DNA from: Chloroflexota bacterium
GTDB taxonomy: Bacteria; Chloroflexota; Dehalococcoidia; JACQUD01
DNA: 64,000 bases
Reading direction: 5' to 3'
Assembly: GCA_016210485.1 (NCBI GenBank)
Contig: JACQUD010000074.1
Location: 12,590 to 76,589 of the forward strand
Below the pieces are notes generated by a model, which did not search any database, was not told the origin of the DNA, and saw only the letters and a list, made by a program, of their open reading frames with translations. Shown here one piece after another: positions 41,002-51,661 of the stretch (position 1 is the first letter of the stretch; each line of letters begins with the position of its first letter). The position numbers and the translations under genes were made by a program.

Positions 41002-42087
41002 ATGAGTTCCATGAGAAAAGGGCGAGCTTCAGCCAGAAAAAACGGCCTTTTCCGACTGGGAATGGTCCTTCTGGTTACAGCAGCCTCCATCCTGCTCCTG
41101 GGGCTGGCCGCCTGCAGCGCCCAGGCCACACCCAGGCCCCAGCCTCTGAGCCTCACCGTCTACTCTGGGCGCGGCGAAGAGCTGGTGGGCCCTGCCTTCC
41201 AGCAGTTCCAGCAGGCCACAGGCATCGAGGTCAAAGTTCGTTACGGCTCCACTTCAGAGCTGGCAACTACCCTCCTGGAGGAGGGGAAGAACTCCCCTGC
41301 CGACGTCTACTGGGCCCAGGACGCCGGAGCCTTGGGCGCCCTGTCCAAGGCCGGCAGGCTGATAGAGTTGCCAGAGGATATCCTGGGCCTGGTGGACTCC
41401 AAGTTTCGCTCCCACCGGGCAGATTGGGTAGGCATCACAGGCCGGGCTCGAGTGATGATCTATAACACCCAGAAACTGAAGGAGGCCGACCTGCCCGATG
41501 ATATCTGGGGTTTCACAGATGCCAAATGGAAGGGCCGCATCGGCTGGGCCCCCACCAACGGCTCTTTCCAGGCCTTTGTCACCGCCCTGCGTGTCCTGGA
41601 GGGCGAGGCCCGGGCACGTCAGTGGCTGAATGGCATCCAGGCAAACCAGCCCAAGACATACCCCAGTAACTACTCCATCGTCATAGCTGTGGGCAGGGGG
41701 GAAGTGGATACGGGTTTCGTCAACCACTATTACCTGTTCCGGGCCCTTAAAGAGGAGGGCGAGGCCTTCCCCGCTCGAAATTACTATCCCAGGGCGGGGG
41801 ATGCCGGCGCCCTCATCAACGTGGCTGGAGTAGGTGTTTTGGATTCCTCTAAAAACCGAGAGGTGGCCTTCCGCTTTGTGCGGTTCCTCCTCTCGGAGGT
41901 AGTTCAGTCCTTCTTCGCCGGGGACCGCCCCGATGACGCCTTCGAATATCCGCTGGTGCCTGGCGTGGCCACCCATCCCCTGCTGACCCCCCTGGACCAG
42001 ATCAAGACTCCAAACATAGACCTGGCAGATCTGAGTGACCTGGAGGGCACCTTGAAGCTGCTTCGGGAGACAGGGGTCCTGCCCTGA
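41002..42087 (+). CDS. Fe(III) ABC transporter substrate-binding lipoprotein (FbpA/AfuA-like)
   Basis: RBS aaaggag is upstream of ATG 41002. Lipobox LLGLAAC, and LTVYSGRGEELVGPAFQQFQQATGIEVKVRYGSTSELATTLLEEG..SPADVYWAQDAGALG. Confidence 0.85.
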   Translation: MSSMRKGRASARKNGLFRLGMVLLVTAASILLLGLAACSAQATPRPQPLSLTVYSGRGEELVGPAFQQFQQATGIEVKVRYGSTSELATTLLEEGKNSPADVYWAQDAGALGALSKAGRLIELPEDILGLVDSKFRSHRADWVGITGRARVMIYNTQKLKEADLPDDIWGFTDAKWKGRIGWAPTNGSFQAFVTALRVLEGEARARQWLNGIQANQPKTYPSNYSIVIAVGRGEVDTGFVNHYYLFRALKEEGEAFPARNYYPRAGDAGALINVAGVGVLDSSKNREVAFRFVRFLLSEVVQSFFAGDRPDDAFEYPLVPGVATHPLLTPLDQIKTPNIDLADLSDLEGTLKLLRETGVLP

Positions 42088-42089
42088 CC

Positions 42090-43715
42090 ATGGCCATAGC
42101 CCGGAGCAAGGTCGGCTTTCTAAAGGGGAAGCTCTGGGGGCGGGGCGCTAGCGCGCCCCGCCCCCCAGCCCTCCTCTGGCTGGCGGCGGGCGCGGTGGCG
42201 GCGACCATGCTCCTCCCCCTGGCCTACATGGTGGTGCGCACCCTGGGGGCTGGAAGCGAGATATGGGACCTGATCCTCCGGCCCCGCACTGCAGCCATCC
42301 TGGGCCGCACCATCCTCCTGGTGGTGGCGGTGACCGCCGCTTGTATCGCCCTCGCCCTGCCTCTGGCTTGGCTCACCGTCAGGTCAGACATCCCCGGGCG
42401 GCGGCTGTGGGCCATCCTCACCGCCCTGCCCCTGGTCATACCCAGCTTCGTGGGAGGCTACGTGGTGGTGGCTGCTCTGGGACCCCGGGGGCTGCTTCAG
42501 CAGCTCCTGGCCCCCCTGGGGGTGGAGCGCCTTCCCGAGATATACGGCTTCCCCGGGGCCTTCCTCACCATAACCCTCCTCACCTATCCCTATGTGATGT
42601 TCACAGTTCGGGGCGCTCTATGGCGATTGGACCCAGCCCTGGAGGAGACGGCCCGGAGCCTGGGGATCGGGGCCAGAGGCACCTTCTTTCGGGTAACCCT
42701 ACCCCACCTCAGACCGGCCATCGCCGCCGGGGGGCTGCTGGCCGCCCTCTACACCCTTCACGACTTCGGGGCGGTATCCCTCCTCCGCTACGAGACTTTC
42801 ACCTGGGCCATCTATATCCAGTATGAGACGGCGGCCCGGTCCCTGGCGGCAGGCCTCTCCTTGCTACTAGCGGCCCTGGCCCTCCTCATCCTCCTGGTCG
42901 AGGTGGGCACTCGGGGGCGGGGCCGCTACTACCGGGGTGGCGGGTCGCCGCGGCCTCCTTCAATAGTCCCCTTAGGGCGCTGGCGCTGGCCAGCCCTGGC
43001 CTTCTGCGGCCTGGTGGTGGCACTGGCCCTGGCCCTGCCCTTGTCGGTCCTGGGCTACTGGCTGGCCCGGGGGATAGCCGCCGGCGAGCCTTTCCGCCTG
43101 ATGTGGGGCGCCGCCGTAAACTCCCTTTATGTGTCGGGGCTGGCGGCGATGGTTACGGTGGCGGCAGCCCTCCCGGTGACCTTTCTGGCTGTCCGCTTTC
43201 TAGGCCGGGTCAGCGCCCTTCTGGAGCGCAGCACCTACCTGGGTTTTGCCCTGCCCGGCATAGTGGTCGCCCTGGCCCTGGTCTTCTTCGCCGTCAACTA
43301 CGCCCGACCTCTGTATCAGACCCTGGGCCTGCTCATCTTCGCCTACGTAGTCCTGTTCTTGCCCGCCGCCGGTGGGTCCATCCGCTCGGCCCTCCTCCAG
43401 ATAAATCCCAGCCTGGAGGAGGCGGCGAGGAGCCTGGGGCGGAGGCCGCTCCGAGTCTTGACGGGGGTTACCCTCCCCCTGGTGCGCTCCGGCCTCCTGG
43501 CCGGGGGCGCTCTGGTCTTCCTCACCACCATGAAGGAGCTCCCAGCCACCCTGCTCTTGAGCCCCACTGGGTTTAAGACCCTGGCCACCTCTATTTGGGG
43601 GTCCGTCTCCGAAGCTTTTTTCGCCCGGGCGGCGACCCCGGCCCTCCTCCTGGTGTTGGCCTCATCATTGGGCATGGCCATCTTCATCTTTCAGGAGAGG
43701 CGACAGGAGCGATGA
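42090..43715 (+). CDS. Fe(III) ABC transporter permease (duplicated two-domain type, FbpB-like)
   Basis: 541 aa with about 12 TM helices and two EAA-type loops (LEETARSLGIGARGTFFRVTLP and LEEAARSLGRRPLRVLTGVTLP). Confidence 0.88.
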   Translation: MAIARSKVGFLKGKLWGRGASAPRPPALLWLAAGAVAATMLLPLAYMVVRTLGAGSEIWDLILRPRTAAILGRTILLVVAVTAACIALALPLAWLTVRSDIPGRRLWAILTALPLVIPSFVGGYVVVAALGPRGLLQQLLAPLGVERLPEIYGFPGAFLTITLLTYPYVMFTVRGALWRLDPALEETARSLGIGARGTFFRVTLPHLRPAIAAGGLLAALYTLHDFGAVSLLRYETFTWAIYIQYETAARSLAAGLSLLLAALALLILLVEVGTRGRGRYYRGGGSPRPPSIVPLGRWRWPALAFCGLVVALALALPLSVLGYWLARGIAAGEPFRLMWGAAVNSLYVSGLAAMVTVAAALPVTFLAVRFLGRVSALLERSTYLGFALPGIVVALALVFFAVNYARPLYQTLGLLIFAYVVLFLPAAGGSIRSALLQINPSLEEAARSLGRRPLRVLTGVTLPLVRSGLLAGGALVFLTTMKELPATLLLSPTGFKTLATSIWGSVSEAFFARAATPALLLVLASSLGMAIFIFQERRQER

Positions 43716-43787
43716 GAACGCCGGATATCTCGAAGCTACTGCTTCCTTTGAATTGAAATAGCCTATCATACGATTTATATTAAGGGT

Positions 43788-44876
43788 GTGGATAGCCGCA
43801 TGAGTCTGGGAAATGTGCCCCTCGAGGGAACCGTCTCTCCCGTCGTCCGCATGGAGGGGGTGGCCAAGTCCTACGCCCTGACCCCAGTCCTCCATGACCT
43901 CTCCCTGGAGGTAGCTTGGAGGGAGATAGTAGCCATCCTGGGGCCTTCCGGGTGCGGCAAGACCACCACCCTGCGCCTCATCGCCGGCTTCGAGAGTCCC
44001 GATGCTGGGGAGATCTTCGTCCAGGGCCGGCTAGTGGCCAGCTCCACCCTCTCCCTGCCCCCGGAGCGAAGGCAGGTGGGCATGGTCTTCCAGGACTACG
44101 CCCTCTTCCCCCACCTCACCGTGGCCCAGAACGTGGCCTTCGGTCTGGCGGGGATGCCTGAGGAGCAACGTAAAAAGGTAGTGGCCGTCATGCTGGAGCT
44201 GGTGCACATGGAGGGCTTCGCCCAGCGCTACCCTCACCAGCTTTCGGGGGGACAGCAGCAGCGGGTGGCTCTGGCTCGCGCTTTGGCCCCCTGCCCCGCC
44301 GCCCTCCTCCTGGATGAGCCTTTTTCCAATCTGGACGCCGACATGCGCCCCCGCATGAGGCAGGAGGTGCTAGCTATCTTACGAGAGGCCAAAACCACCG
44401 CCGTCCTGGTCACCCACGACCAGGAGGAGGCCTTCTCCCTGGCCGACCGGGTGGCGGTGCTGCACCAGGGCCGGTTGGAGCAAGTAGACACGGCGGAGAA
44501 CCTCTATCACCAGCCGCGCACCCCTTTCGTCGCCCGGTTCGTGGGCCAGGCCGATTTCGTCCCCGGGGAGGTCAGGGATGGCCAGGTGGTCACCGAGCTG
44601 GGGACCTTCCCCCTGGACGGCCAGGTCGGCGCTGCCAGGGTCAGGCTCATGGTCCGGCCCGACGACATCGAGCTGGAGCCGGGGGATGGCGGCTCGGCAG
44701 CCATCGTGGGCCGCGAGTTTCGAGGCTCGGAGAATATGTATATCCTGCGGATGGACTCCGGCACCACCCTCCGGAGCAGCCAACCTTCCCTGACTGTTTA
44801 CTCTGTCGGGCAGAGGGTCAAGGCCAGGGCCACCCTTTGCCACGTGGTGGTCTTTCCCGAGGAGGTGGAAACCTGA
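43788..44876 (+). CDS. ABC transporter ATP-binding protein (FbpC-like)
   Basis: Walker A GPSGCGKTT, signature LSGGQQQRVALARAL, Walker B LLLDEPFS and a C-terminal TOBE-like domain. The start could be GTG 43788 or ATG 43800. Confidence 0.88.
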   Translation: MDSRMSLGNVPLEGTVSPVVRMEGVAKSYALTPVLHDLSLEVAWREIVAILGPSGCGKTTTLRLIAGFESPDAGEIFVQGRLVASSTLSLPPERRQVGMVFQDYALFPHLTVAQNVAFGLAGMPEEQRKKVVAVMLELVHMEGFAQRYPHQLSGGQQQRVALARALAPCPAALLLDEPFSNLDADMRPRMRQEVLAILREAKTTAVLVTHDQEEAFSLADRVAVLHQGRLEQVDTAENLYHQPRTPFVARFVGQADFVPGEVRDGQVVTELGTFPLDGQVGAARVRLMVRPDDIELEPGDGGSAAIVGREFRGSENMYILRMDSGTTLRSSQPSLTVYSVGQRVKARATLCHVVVFPEEVET

Positions 44877-45070
44877 TGACAGAGACACTCCACTGCGCCT
44901 TGTGCCGGGAGGACATCGAGGGCGAGCCTACGATATGGCAGGGCAAAGCATACTGCTCCCAAACTTGTGCCTTCGAGGCCAGCAAGAGGCTGGGCAGTAT
45001 CTGCGGGGGCAGGGAGACTACGGAGATAAGCCAGCGCTTCTCATCAAAGACAAGGACAGAGAAACCCTGA
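44876..45070 (+). CDS. Small Cys-rich protein, TRASH/YHS-like metal-binding motif
   Basis: The ATG overlaps the fbpC-like TGA (TGATG). 64 aa. CALC-x16-YCSQTC gives a Cx2C...Cx3C pattern, close to the TRASH C-x2-C-x19-22-C-x3-C motif. Confidence 0.5.
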   Translation: MTETLHCALCREDIEGEPTIWQGKAYCSQTCAFEASKRLGSICGGRETTEISQRFSSKTRTEKP

Positions 45071-45158
45071 AATCCCCGGCCCATCTTGCGCCAACACCAT
45101 CTTAGGGATACTCTGGCGCTGGCCAACAAAGTGCACAGCGTAACGAAAGGATTGCCCT

Positions 45159-45944
45159 TTGAAGAGCCTTCTTCTAAAGGGGATCGTCCTGGGCCTCCTC
45201 CTAGCCTTCTCATGGGCTGGGACACGTCTTTGGGCACAGGGCGGTAACCTCCTGGAAAAAGGGGGTTTCGAGGGGGGGCTGGGGCCCTGGCAGGCGACAA
45301 GTGGAGAGCTGGCCCTGGCGGTCTCGCCCGTCCACTCCGGCAGCCATGCGGCATCCCTCACAGCTACCATCTCTGCCTCGGCCTACCAGGATGTGGCCAT
45401 CTCCGCTGGAGAGTCCTACACATTTCGCGGCTGGCTCTACCTGGAAGGATATGCCGGGTCCTGGGCCAGCTTACGTCTCACCTGGCTCTCCTCCATGGGT
45501 GAGACCGTAGTGAATATAGATTCTTCAGACACCATCCCAGCGGGGGAAACAGGATTCCAGCTTATCACCCTGGGGCCGGTAGTAGCCCCTTCCCAGGCAC
45601 ATTGGGCCAGGGCCAAGGCCATGCTCCACACCTCACAGCCAGCTTCATTGTATATGGATGACCTGGAGTTCATGGGGCCTACGCCAACCCCTACACCTAC
45701 ACTAACTCCAACGCCTACGCCAACCCCCTCACCTACGCTAACTCCAACGCCTACGCCAACCCCTACACCTACGCTAACTCCAACGCCTACGCCAACCCCC
45801 ACACCCTCGCCAACCTCTACCCCCGAACCAACGAGCATCCCTATTGCCATCCCCGGGATATCTAAGGCCGGGCTGGGAGCGCTGGCTACCCTTCTACTAG
45901 CTGGACTCATCTGGGTATCATGGCGGAAGGCAGGATACGGGTGA
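45159..45944 (+). CDS. Cell-surface protein: signal peptide, CBM4/9-like beta-sandwich, PT-repeat stalk, C-terminal TM anchor
   Basis: [39 protein letters not shown]...[10 protein letters not shown] is typical of the CBM_4_9 N-terminus. A 55-aa (T/S/L)P repeat follows, then [20 protein letters not shown]. Confidence 0.6.
   Translation: MKSLLLKGIVLGLLLAFSWAGTRLWAQGGNLLEKGGFEGGLGPWQATSGELALAVSPVHSGSHAASLTATISASAYQDVAISAGESYTFRGWLYLEGYAGSWASLRLTWLSSMGETVVNIDSSDTIPAGETGFQLITLGPVVAPSQAHWARAKAMLHTSQPASLYMDDLEFMGPTPTPTPTLTPTPTPTPSPTLTPTPTPTPTPTLTPTPTPTPTPSPTSTPEPTSIPIAIPGISKAGLGALATLLLAGLIWVSWRKAGYG
45678..45836 (+). repeat. 36-bp (12-codon) tandem repeat encoding [10 protein letters not shown](S/T)P
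   Basis: acgcctacgccaaccccYNcacctacgctaactcca is repeated about three times, with degenerate flanking PT codons. Confidence 0.8.
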
Positions 45945-46122
45945 TGACAGGGCTAGAGCTAGAGCTCTTTCTCTAGCATATGCGCCGCTTCGGAGGATAT
46001 GACTCCCTTGTTCCGTGAATGCTCCACCACGTCCTCACTTATCATCGATTGCGCCTAACCATTTCGTCTCCTCTTGGTGGTGAACCGCAACTCCAGAGGA
46101 CAATCCCAGGATTTTCCTCTAC

Positions 46123-47535
46123 CTATAAGCTCGGATGCCTCCCATGCCATTCAGTGGCTTGCTCATAGGCGTAGGCGGCCCGGAGCACCGTAGCCTCCTC
46201 AAAGGGCCTACCGATCAACTGGAGCCCCACCGGCAAACCTTCCTCCGAAAATCCGCAGGGGACAGATATGGCCGGGAGACCTGTAAGATTGGCAAACCTG
46301 GTGAGATACGTCAAGGCGGCGGTGCTCCCCAGCGTCATCCCTCCGAACTTCATTTCGCTGATGCCATGGGGCGGAGCCACCACGGGGCAGGTGGGCAGCG
46401 CCAACACATCTATATTTCGCAGGAGTTCTCGGGTCTCCTGAATCATCCGGGCGCGAGCCTGCTGAGCGCGGATGTACTGGTCCACGGTCACGGCCAGCCC
46501 CGATTCCAGGCGCTGCCTGACCCTGGTGCTCAAGGTATTCCCGTCGTTCCTAAGTATCTCTCCATCGGAGACAAGCGCCTCAGCCACTTGAATGTGGCCA
46601 GAGATGGCATGGCTCTCGGCAATAGCCGGCAGGGACACATCAGTCACCGTGGCCCCCAGCTCAGCAAGGGTCTTTACGGCCCGCTCAGCCACCCACCGAA
46701 CCGAGTCGCTCAATACCGCCCAGCCATGTTCCTGGGGAAGGCCAATGCGCAACGCCTTCACACCGCCGGCCAAGTTGGAGGTGAAATCTGGGACTGGGAC
46801 GTCCACCGAGACAGGGTCTACGGCATCATAGCCGGCGATAGCGTTGAGCAGTATGGCGCAGTCCTCCGCCGTCCTGGCTATTGGCCCGGCGTGATCCAGT
46901 GACCAGGCCAGGGGATAAACTCCATATAAGCTGACCCTCCCGAAGGTAGGTTTCAAGCCCACAGCCCCACACAACGATGCTGGGATGCGGATGGAGCCTC
47001 CCGTGTCGCTACCCAGGGCGGCAGCGCACTCTCCAGCCACTACCGCGGCCGCCGAGCCGCTGCTGGAGCCTCCGCTCATGCGCTCCAAACTCCAGGGATT
47101 GCGAACATCACCATAGTGAATGTTCTCGCCGGTGGGGTCATAAGCCAGCTCCGTCATGTTCAACTTGCCCAGGATGATAGCACCGGCATCTTTCAACTTG
47201 AGGGCTACGGTGCAGTCCTCTGTGGGAACGAGATCTGCCATGACCTCGGTGCCCGCTGTAGTCCTGATGCCTTTTATGCTGAAAAGGTCTTTAAGACCGA
47301 CGGGGACCCCATGCAGGGGGCCCTTGTATTCACCTCGACTGATAGCTTTCTCAGCCTCGGCGGCTACACTTAAGGCCGCCTCGCGCATCAGTGTAATATA
47401 GGCATTAACCTCCTTGTCCACAGCATCTATTCGGTCAAGGTAAGCGCTCACTAGCTCCACGGGGGAGAGCTTCCTGCCTTGAATAAGCCGGGCAACTTCT
47501 GCTATAGGCAACAGATATAAATCTTGATATCTCAT
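46123..47535 (-). CDS. Amidase-signature family protein (GatA-like amidase)
   Basis: The AS signature GGSSSGSAAAVVAGE..AALGSDTGGSIRIPA and the K...S-cis-S catalytic layout are present. Confidence 0.85.
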   Translation of the reverse strand: MRYQDLYLLPIAEVARLIQGRKLSPVELVSAYLDRIDAVDKEVNAYITLMREAALSVAAEAEKAISRGEYKGPLHGVPVGLKDLFSIKGIRTTAGTEVMADLVPTEDCTVALKLKDAGAIILGKLNMTELAYDPTGENIHYGDVRNPWSLERMSGGSSSGSAAAVVAGECAAALGSDTGGSIRIPASLCGAVGLKPTFGRVSLYGVYPLAWSLDHAGPIARTAEDCAILLNAIAGYDAVDPVSVDVPVPDFTSNLAGGVKALRIGLPQEHGWAVLSDSVRWVAERAVKTLAELGATVTDVSLPAIAESHAISGHIQVAEALVSDGEILRNDGNTLSTRVRQRLESGLAVTVDQYIRAQQARARMIQETRELLRNIDVLALPTCPVVAPPHGISEMKFGGMTLGSTAALTYLTRFANLTGLPAISVPCGFSEEGLPVGLQLIGRPFEEATVLRAAYAYEQATEWHGRHPSL

Positions 47536-47599
47536 AAAAGCCCCCCTCTTGAGATATTCAGGATATGCTCTCGTTCAGCCGCCCCGCCCTCCCACCAGA

Positions 47600-49135
47600 C
47601 TAGGGACTTCCCGTCATCCCCCTGGGGCGGTACTGCAACGCCTCGGCCAGGTGAACTGTCTGAATCGTCTCGGCACCAGCCAGGTCGGCTATGGTGCGAG
47701 CCAGCTTCAGGATGCGGTGAAAAGCCCGGGCCGAGAGGTGGAACTGATTCATAGCTGCCCGCAAGAGCCCCAGGGCCGCATCCTCAGCCCAACAGAACTG
47801 GCGCACCTCCACAGGACCCATCTCGGCGTTGAGCATCTGCTTTATGCCCTGGAACCGGCGCCGCTGGACCTCCCGAGCTGCCTCCACCCGGGCCCGCGCC
47901 ACCACCGATGCCTCCCCATCCCGCCCCTCAGCTAGCTTCTCATATTGGAGGCGGGGCACCTCCACAAACATGTCCAAGCGATCCAGCAAGGGCCCGCTGA
48001 TGCGCCGCTGATACCGGGCCACGACCCCGGGCGGGCAGACGCAGGGCTTGGCCGGGTCGCCATAGTAGCCGCAGGGGCAAGGATTCATGGCTGCCACCAG
48101 GGTGAAGTTGGCGGGGAAGGTCAGGGTGCCCCTTGCCCTACTTATGGTAACCTTTTTATCCTCCAAGGGCTGCCGCAGCACCTGGAGCAGGGCCTGCCCG
48201 AACTCCGGGAACTCGTCCAGAAAGAGCACCCCCCGATGGCTGAGGCTTATCTCCCCCGGCCTGGGAAAGCGACCCCCCCCCACCAACCCCGCCTCGGAGA
48301 TGGTGTAGTGGGGAGAACGGAAAGGGCGCACCTTCATGAGAGGGGTATCCGAGGGCAGCAGGCCACAGATGCTGTAAATTCGGGTGACCTCCAGAGACTC
48401 CTCCCAGGTCATGGAGGGAAGAATGGAGGCCAGCGAACGCGCCAGGAGAGTCTTGCCACTGCCCGGGGGGCCGATGAATAGGAGATTGTGACCTCCGGCA
48501 GCGGCCACCTCTAGCGCCCGCTTGGCATGCTCCTGTCCCTTAATGTGGGCCAAGTCCACCGTCCCTGAAGTGACAGCCTCACTCTTATCCGAAGCCTCCC
48601 CCGGAGCGGCGGGACACAACGGTGCCTCTCCCCGCAGGTGGGCCACCAGCCCAGTCAGGGAGCTTACCGGGAATATCTCCAGCCCAACCACCAGACCCGC
48701 CTCCCGGGCATCCTCTGCGGGGACAAAGACCATCCCCAAACCCTTCTCCTGAGCCAGTGCTACCATGGGCAGCACCCCCGGGGTATGCCGGACATTCCCA
48801 TCCAGGGAGAGCTCTCCCAGAAACAAGGCTCCGGAGACATCAGCAACAACCTGCCCCGACCCCAGGAGTATGCCCAGGGCTATGGCCAGGTCATAGGCGG
48901 GGCCTTCCTTCTTCAGGTCGGCGGGGGCCAGATTGACGGTGATACGCCGGGTGGGAAAATCGCACCCGGAGTTTCGGATGGCAGAGCGCACCCGCTCCCG
49001 GGCCTCCTGGACGGCAGCATCGGGCAGGCCGACGATGGTGAAGGAAGGTAGGCCCGGGGAAATATCCACCTCCACCTCCACCAAAGCACCCTCCAATCCA
49101 ACCAGGGCGCAGCTATAGACCTTGGCCAGCGGCAA
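47600..49135 (-). CDS. comM: YifB/ComM family Mg-chelatase-like AAA+ ATPase
   Basis: VYSCALVGLEGALVEVEVDISPGLPSFTIVGLPDAAVQEARERVRSAIRNSG, Walker A GPPGSGKT and HRGVLFLDE. Confidence 0.93.
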   Translation of the reverse strand: MPLAKVYSCALVGLEGALVEVEVDISPGLPSFTIVGLPDAAVQEARERVRSAIRNSGCDFPTRRITVNLAPADLKKEGPAYDLAIALGILLGSGQVVADVSGALFLGELSLDGNVRHTPGVLPMVALAQEKGLGMVFVPAEDAREAGLVVGLEIFPVSSLTGLVAHLRGEAPLCPAAPGEASDKSEAVTSGTVDLAHIKGQEHAKRALEVAAAGGHNLLFIGPPGSGKTLLARSLASILPSMTWEESLEVTRIYSICGLLPSDTPLMKVRPFRSPHYTISEAGLVGGGRFPRPGEISLSHRGVLFLDEFPEFGQALLQVLRQPLEDKKVTISRARGTLTFPANFTLVAAMNPCPCGYYGDPAKPCVCPPGVVARYQRRISGPLLDRLDMFVEVPRLQYEKLAEGRDGEASVVARARVEAAREVQRRRFQGIKQMLNAEMGPVEVRQFCWAEDAALGLLRAAMNQFHLSARAFHRILKLARTIADLAGAETIQTVHLAEALQYRPRGMTGSP

Positions 49136-49231
49136 AGAGCGCCTCTCTCAACAAGCCTTCGGGCAAATGTTACAACCTAATCTGAAACAGGTCAACTGAG
49201 ATGTAGCCATGCAGGAAGGCCAGGGGATCGA

Positions 49232-50341
49232 CTACGAAGAGAAGGCGCCCTTGATCTTGCCAAGAAGGCCCTTGGACTCCTTGGGCAGCGACGCCGGGCC
49301 CAGGGAACGACCCAGCTCCCGGAAGAGCCGCCTCTGCTCAACAGTCAGAGAATCAGGGGTCACCACCATTACCCTGACCACCTGGTCGCCGCGCCCGGCG
49401 CCCTCGCTATAGGGCACCCCCTTGCCTCTGAGGATGAAGGCCTCGCCATTTTGGGTGCCGGCGGGGATTCTCATGCTGACCGAGCCTTCCAAAGTGGGGA
49501 CCTCTATCTCATCCCCCAGGGCGGCCTGGGCGAAGTTAATAGGAATCTCGCAAAGGATATCGTGGTCCTGGCGCTGGAATAAGGGGTGAGGCTTAACATC
49601 CAAGGCAATGAGAAGGTTCCCCGCAGGCCCGCCGCGGAGCCCTGCATCCCCCTCGTTTCTGAGCAACATCTGGTTCCCCTGGTTAACACCAGGGGGTATT
49701 TTTACGGCTATCTTGCGGTGTCGCCTCTCCCTCCCTGCTCCCTGGCACGCAGAGCAAGGTGAGACGATGACTTTGCCCTCCCCCTGGCAGCGGTCGCATA
49801 TGGCCACATGAACGAACTGGCCAAAGATACTCTGCTGAGAGCGTCGCACCTCGCCACTGCCACGACAGGCGGGGCACTGGGCCGGCTGGCTACCTGGGGC
49901 ACTGCCCAAGCCGCGACACTCAGAGCAAACCTCCGTTCGAATGATACTCAGAGGCTTTTGACAGCCGAAGACGGCCTCTTCGAAGGTCAGGGCTAGCCGG
50001 TAGCGAAGGTCGGCGCCCCGCTGGGGCGCTCGACGAGTTGACGTGGCCCCTCCGAAGAAGGCATCGAATATATCACCGAAGCCGCCGAAGTCGAAACCCG
50101 AGAAGGGGCGGTCCCCCAGGGCCCCGGCGTGGCCGAAGCGGTCATAGGCCGCTCTCTTCTCCTGGTCGGAGAGAACCTGATAGGCCTCGTTTATCTCCTT
50201 GAAGCGGGCTTCGGCTTCATCCTCATCGTTGCGGTCGGGGTGGTATTTGAAGGCCAGCTTACGGAAGGCCTTCTTGATCTCCTCCTCAGAGGCACTGCGA
50301 GGCACGCCCAAGACCTCATAATAGTCTCTCTTGGTCGCCAT
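49232..50341 (-). CDS. dnaJ: Molecular chaperone DnaJ (type I)
   Basis: [13 protein letters not shown]...[19 protein letters not shown], a G/F region and four CxxCxGxG zinc-finger repeats. ATG at 50341 is preferred over the ORF opening at 50374. No dnaK or grpE is adjacent. Confidence 0.93.
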   Translation of the reverse strand: MATKRDYYEVLGVPRSASEEEIKKAFRKLAFKYHPDRNDEDEAEARFKEINEAYQVLSDQEKRAAYDRFGHAGALGDRPFSGFDFGGFGDIFDAFFGGATSTRRAPQRGADLRYRLALTFEEAVFGCQKPLSIIRTEVCSECRGLGSAPGSQPAQCPACRGSGEVRRSQQSIFGQFVHVAICDRCQGEGKVIVSPCSACQGAGRERRHRKIAVKIPPGVNQGNQMLLRNEGDAGLRGGPAGNLLIALDVKPHPLFQRQDHDILCEIPINFAQAALGDEIEVPTLEGSVSMRIPAGTQNGEAFILRGKGVPYSEGAGRGDQVVRVMVVTPDSLTVEQRRLFRELGRSLGPASLPKESKGLLGKIKGAFSS

Positions 50342-50490
50342 AGATACAATCGCCCTATCCTTTCCAACTCCCATTATAGAGCCTGCCCCGAAGGAAGTGA
50401 AGCGGCATAGGATGGCGAAGCCAAGGATGAGCCTCTCTTGAGTGAGAGAGCGGCAAAATATACTTTTTAAACAGTCTCCGCATCTTAAAC

Positions 50491-50518
50491 TTGACAGAGG
50501 TGAGGAAAATGCTAGAAT
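50491..50518 (+). promoter_or_regulatory. Strong sigma-70-type promoter candidate
   Basis: TTGACA at 50491-50496, a 16-nt spacer, then extended -10 TGcTAGAAT (TAGAAT at 50513-50518). Confidence 0.55.
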
Positions 50519-50587
50519 GATGACAAATGATTGCTAGGTCCTAGGTGGACATCTAGGGCCGAATCTGATTAAGGAGGTAAAAGAACC

Positions 50588-50980
50588 ATGTCCCAGCAAA
50601 TCAAGGAGAAACCAAAGACCCAGGTAGTCTGGAGAGGTCTCATCGGATTCTTAGTCTTCCTGGCGGGGATAGGGTTGGCAGTGATTGGCGGTATAATCTC
50701 TCCTGACAATGGCACCATCATTCTGATCCTGGTCATCCTCGGCATCATCGTAGGGTTCATCAACATTACGGCCAGGGAGGCCATACCCATGATGATCGCC
50801 GCCATAGCCCTTATCGTGGTGGGGGCGGTAGGGGGGGGATTCCAACCCTTGGACGATGTCATCGGTAACTTGGGCACCACCCTCAATGACATGGTGACCT
50901 ATTTCTCCCAGTTCATGGCTCCGGCGGCTGTAATCGCAGCGGTGAGGGCGCTCCTCAGCTTCGGCTTCCCGGGCGACTAG
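50588..50980 (+). CDS. Hypothetical integral membrane protein (about 4 TM)
   Basis: RBS aaggaggt is 8 nt upstream. The 130-aa sequence has G/I/V-rich helices. No family was recognised. Confidence 0.65.
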   Translation: MSQQIKEKPKTQVVWRGLIGFLVFLAGIGLAVIGGIISPDNGTIILILVILGIIVGFINITAREAIPMMIAAIALIVVGAVGGGFQPLDDVIGNLGTTLNDMVTYFSQFMAPAAVIAAVRALLSFGFPGD

Positions 50981-51049
50981 ACTGCTCGCTTCTTCGGCAA
51001 GGTTAGGAGGATGGGTTTCCAGGGAAGTTAACCAGCAAGAGGATTGAGC

Positions 51050-51439
51050 ATGCCAATCAAACGATCAAATCCCCCGGATGTGGGTGCGCCCCGCGGCTAC
51101 CACCACGTAGTTAAGGCAGGCAACACAGTGTACATTGCGGGGCAGGTGGCCCGAGCGCCAGACGGTAGTACCGTAGGCAAGGGCGACTTTACTGCCCAGG
51201 CCAACCAAGTGTTCACCAACCTGAAGGCCTGCTTGCGGGCTGCTGGTGCCTCCGCTGACAACTTGGTGAAGACCACGGTGTACATGACCCGCCCACAAGA
51301 CCTGGAAGAGTACCGCCGCATTCGTGCCCAGCACATCGGCAATGAGGACACAGCTCCGGCGAGCACGCTGGTATTCATCTCCCGATTGGCGGACCCTGAC
51401 TTCTTGATCGAGGTTGAGGCGGTGGCGTTCACTGGATAA
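51050..51439 (+). CDS. ridA: RidA/YjgF/TdcF family reactive-intermediate deaminase
   Basis: VKAGNTVYIAGQVA..PDG..VG.GDFTAQANQVFTNLKACLRAAGAS.DNLVKTTVYM ... IEVEAVA. RBS aagagga is 6 nt before ATG 51050. Confidence 0.88.
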   Translation: MPIKRSNPPDVGAPRGYHHVVKAGNTVYIAGQVARAPDGSTVGKGDFTAQANQVFTNLKACLRAAGASADNLVKTTVYMTRPQDLEEYRRIRAQHIGNEDTAPASTLVFISRLADPDFLIEVEAVAFTG

Positions 51440-51661
51440 AGCTACGTGCCGATTGTCCCATCGTTTGGGTCCCATGGGGGAATAGGATGAAGTGGGCTTG
51501 GAGCTCATAACGTCTCTCGGTGCCGCCGAAGAAAAATGCCCCTGACTCTGGATGTCCTGAATATAAAAAGCTTCTTGCCTTCGTCTCAAGTTGTTGGGGT
51601 TTTGCTTCAGGACATCGTTACCAGTTACATCCCCCAAATCTTTTTCTGAGCCAGACCTGGG

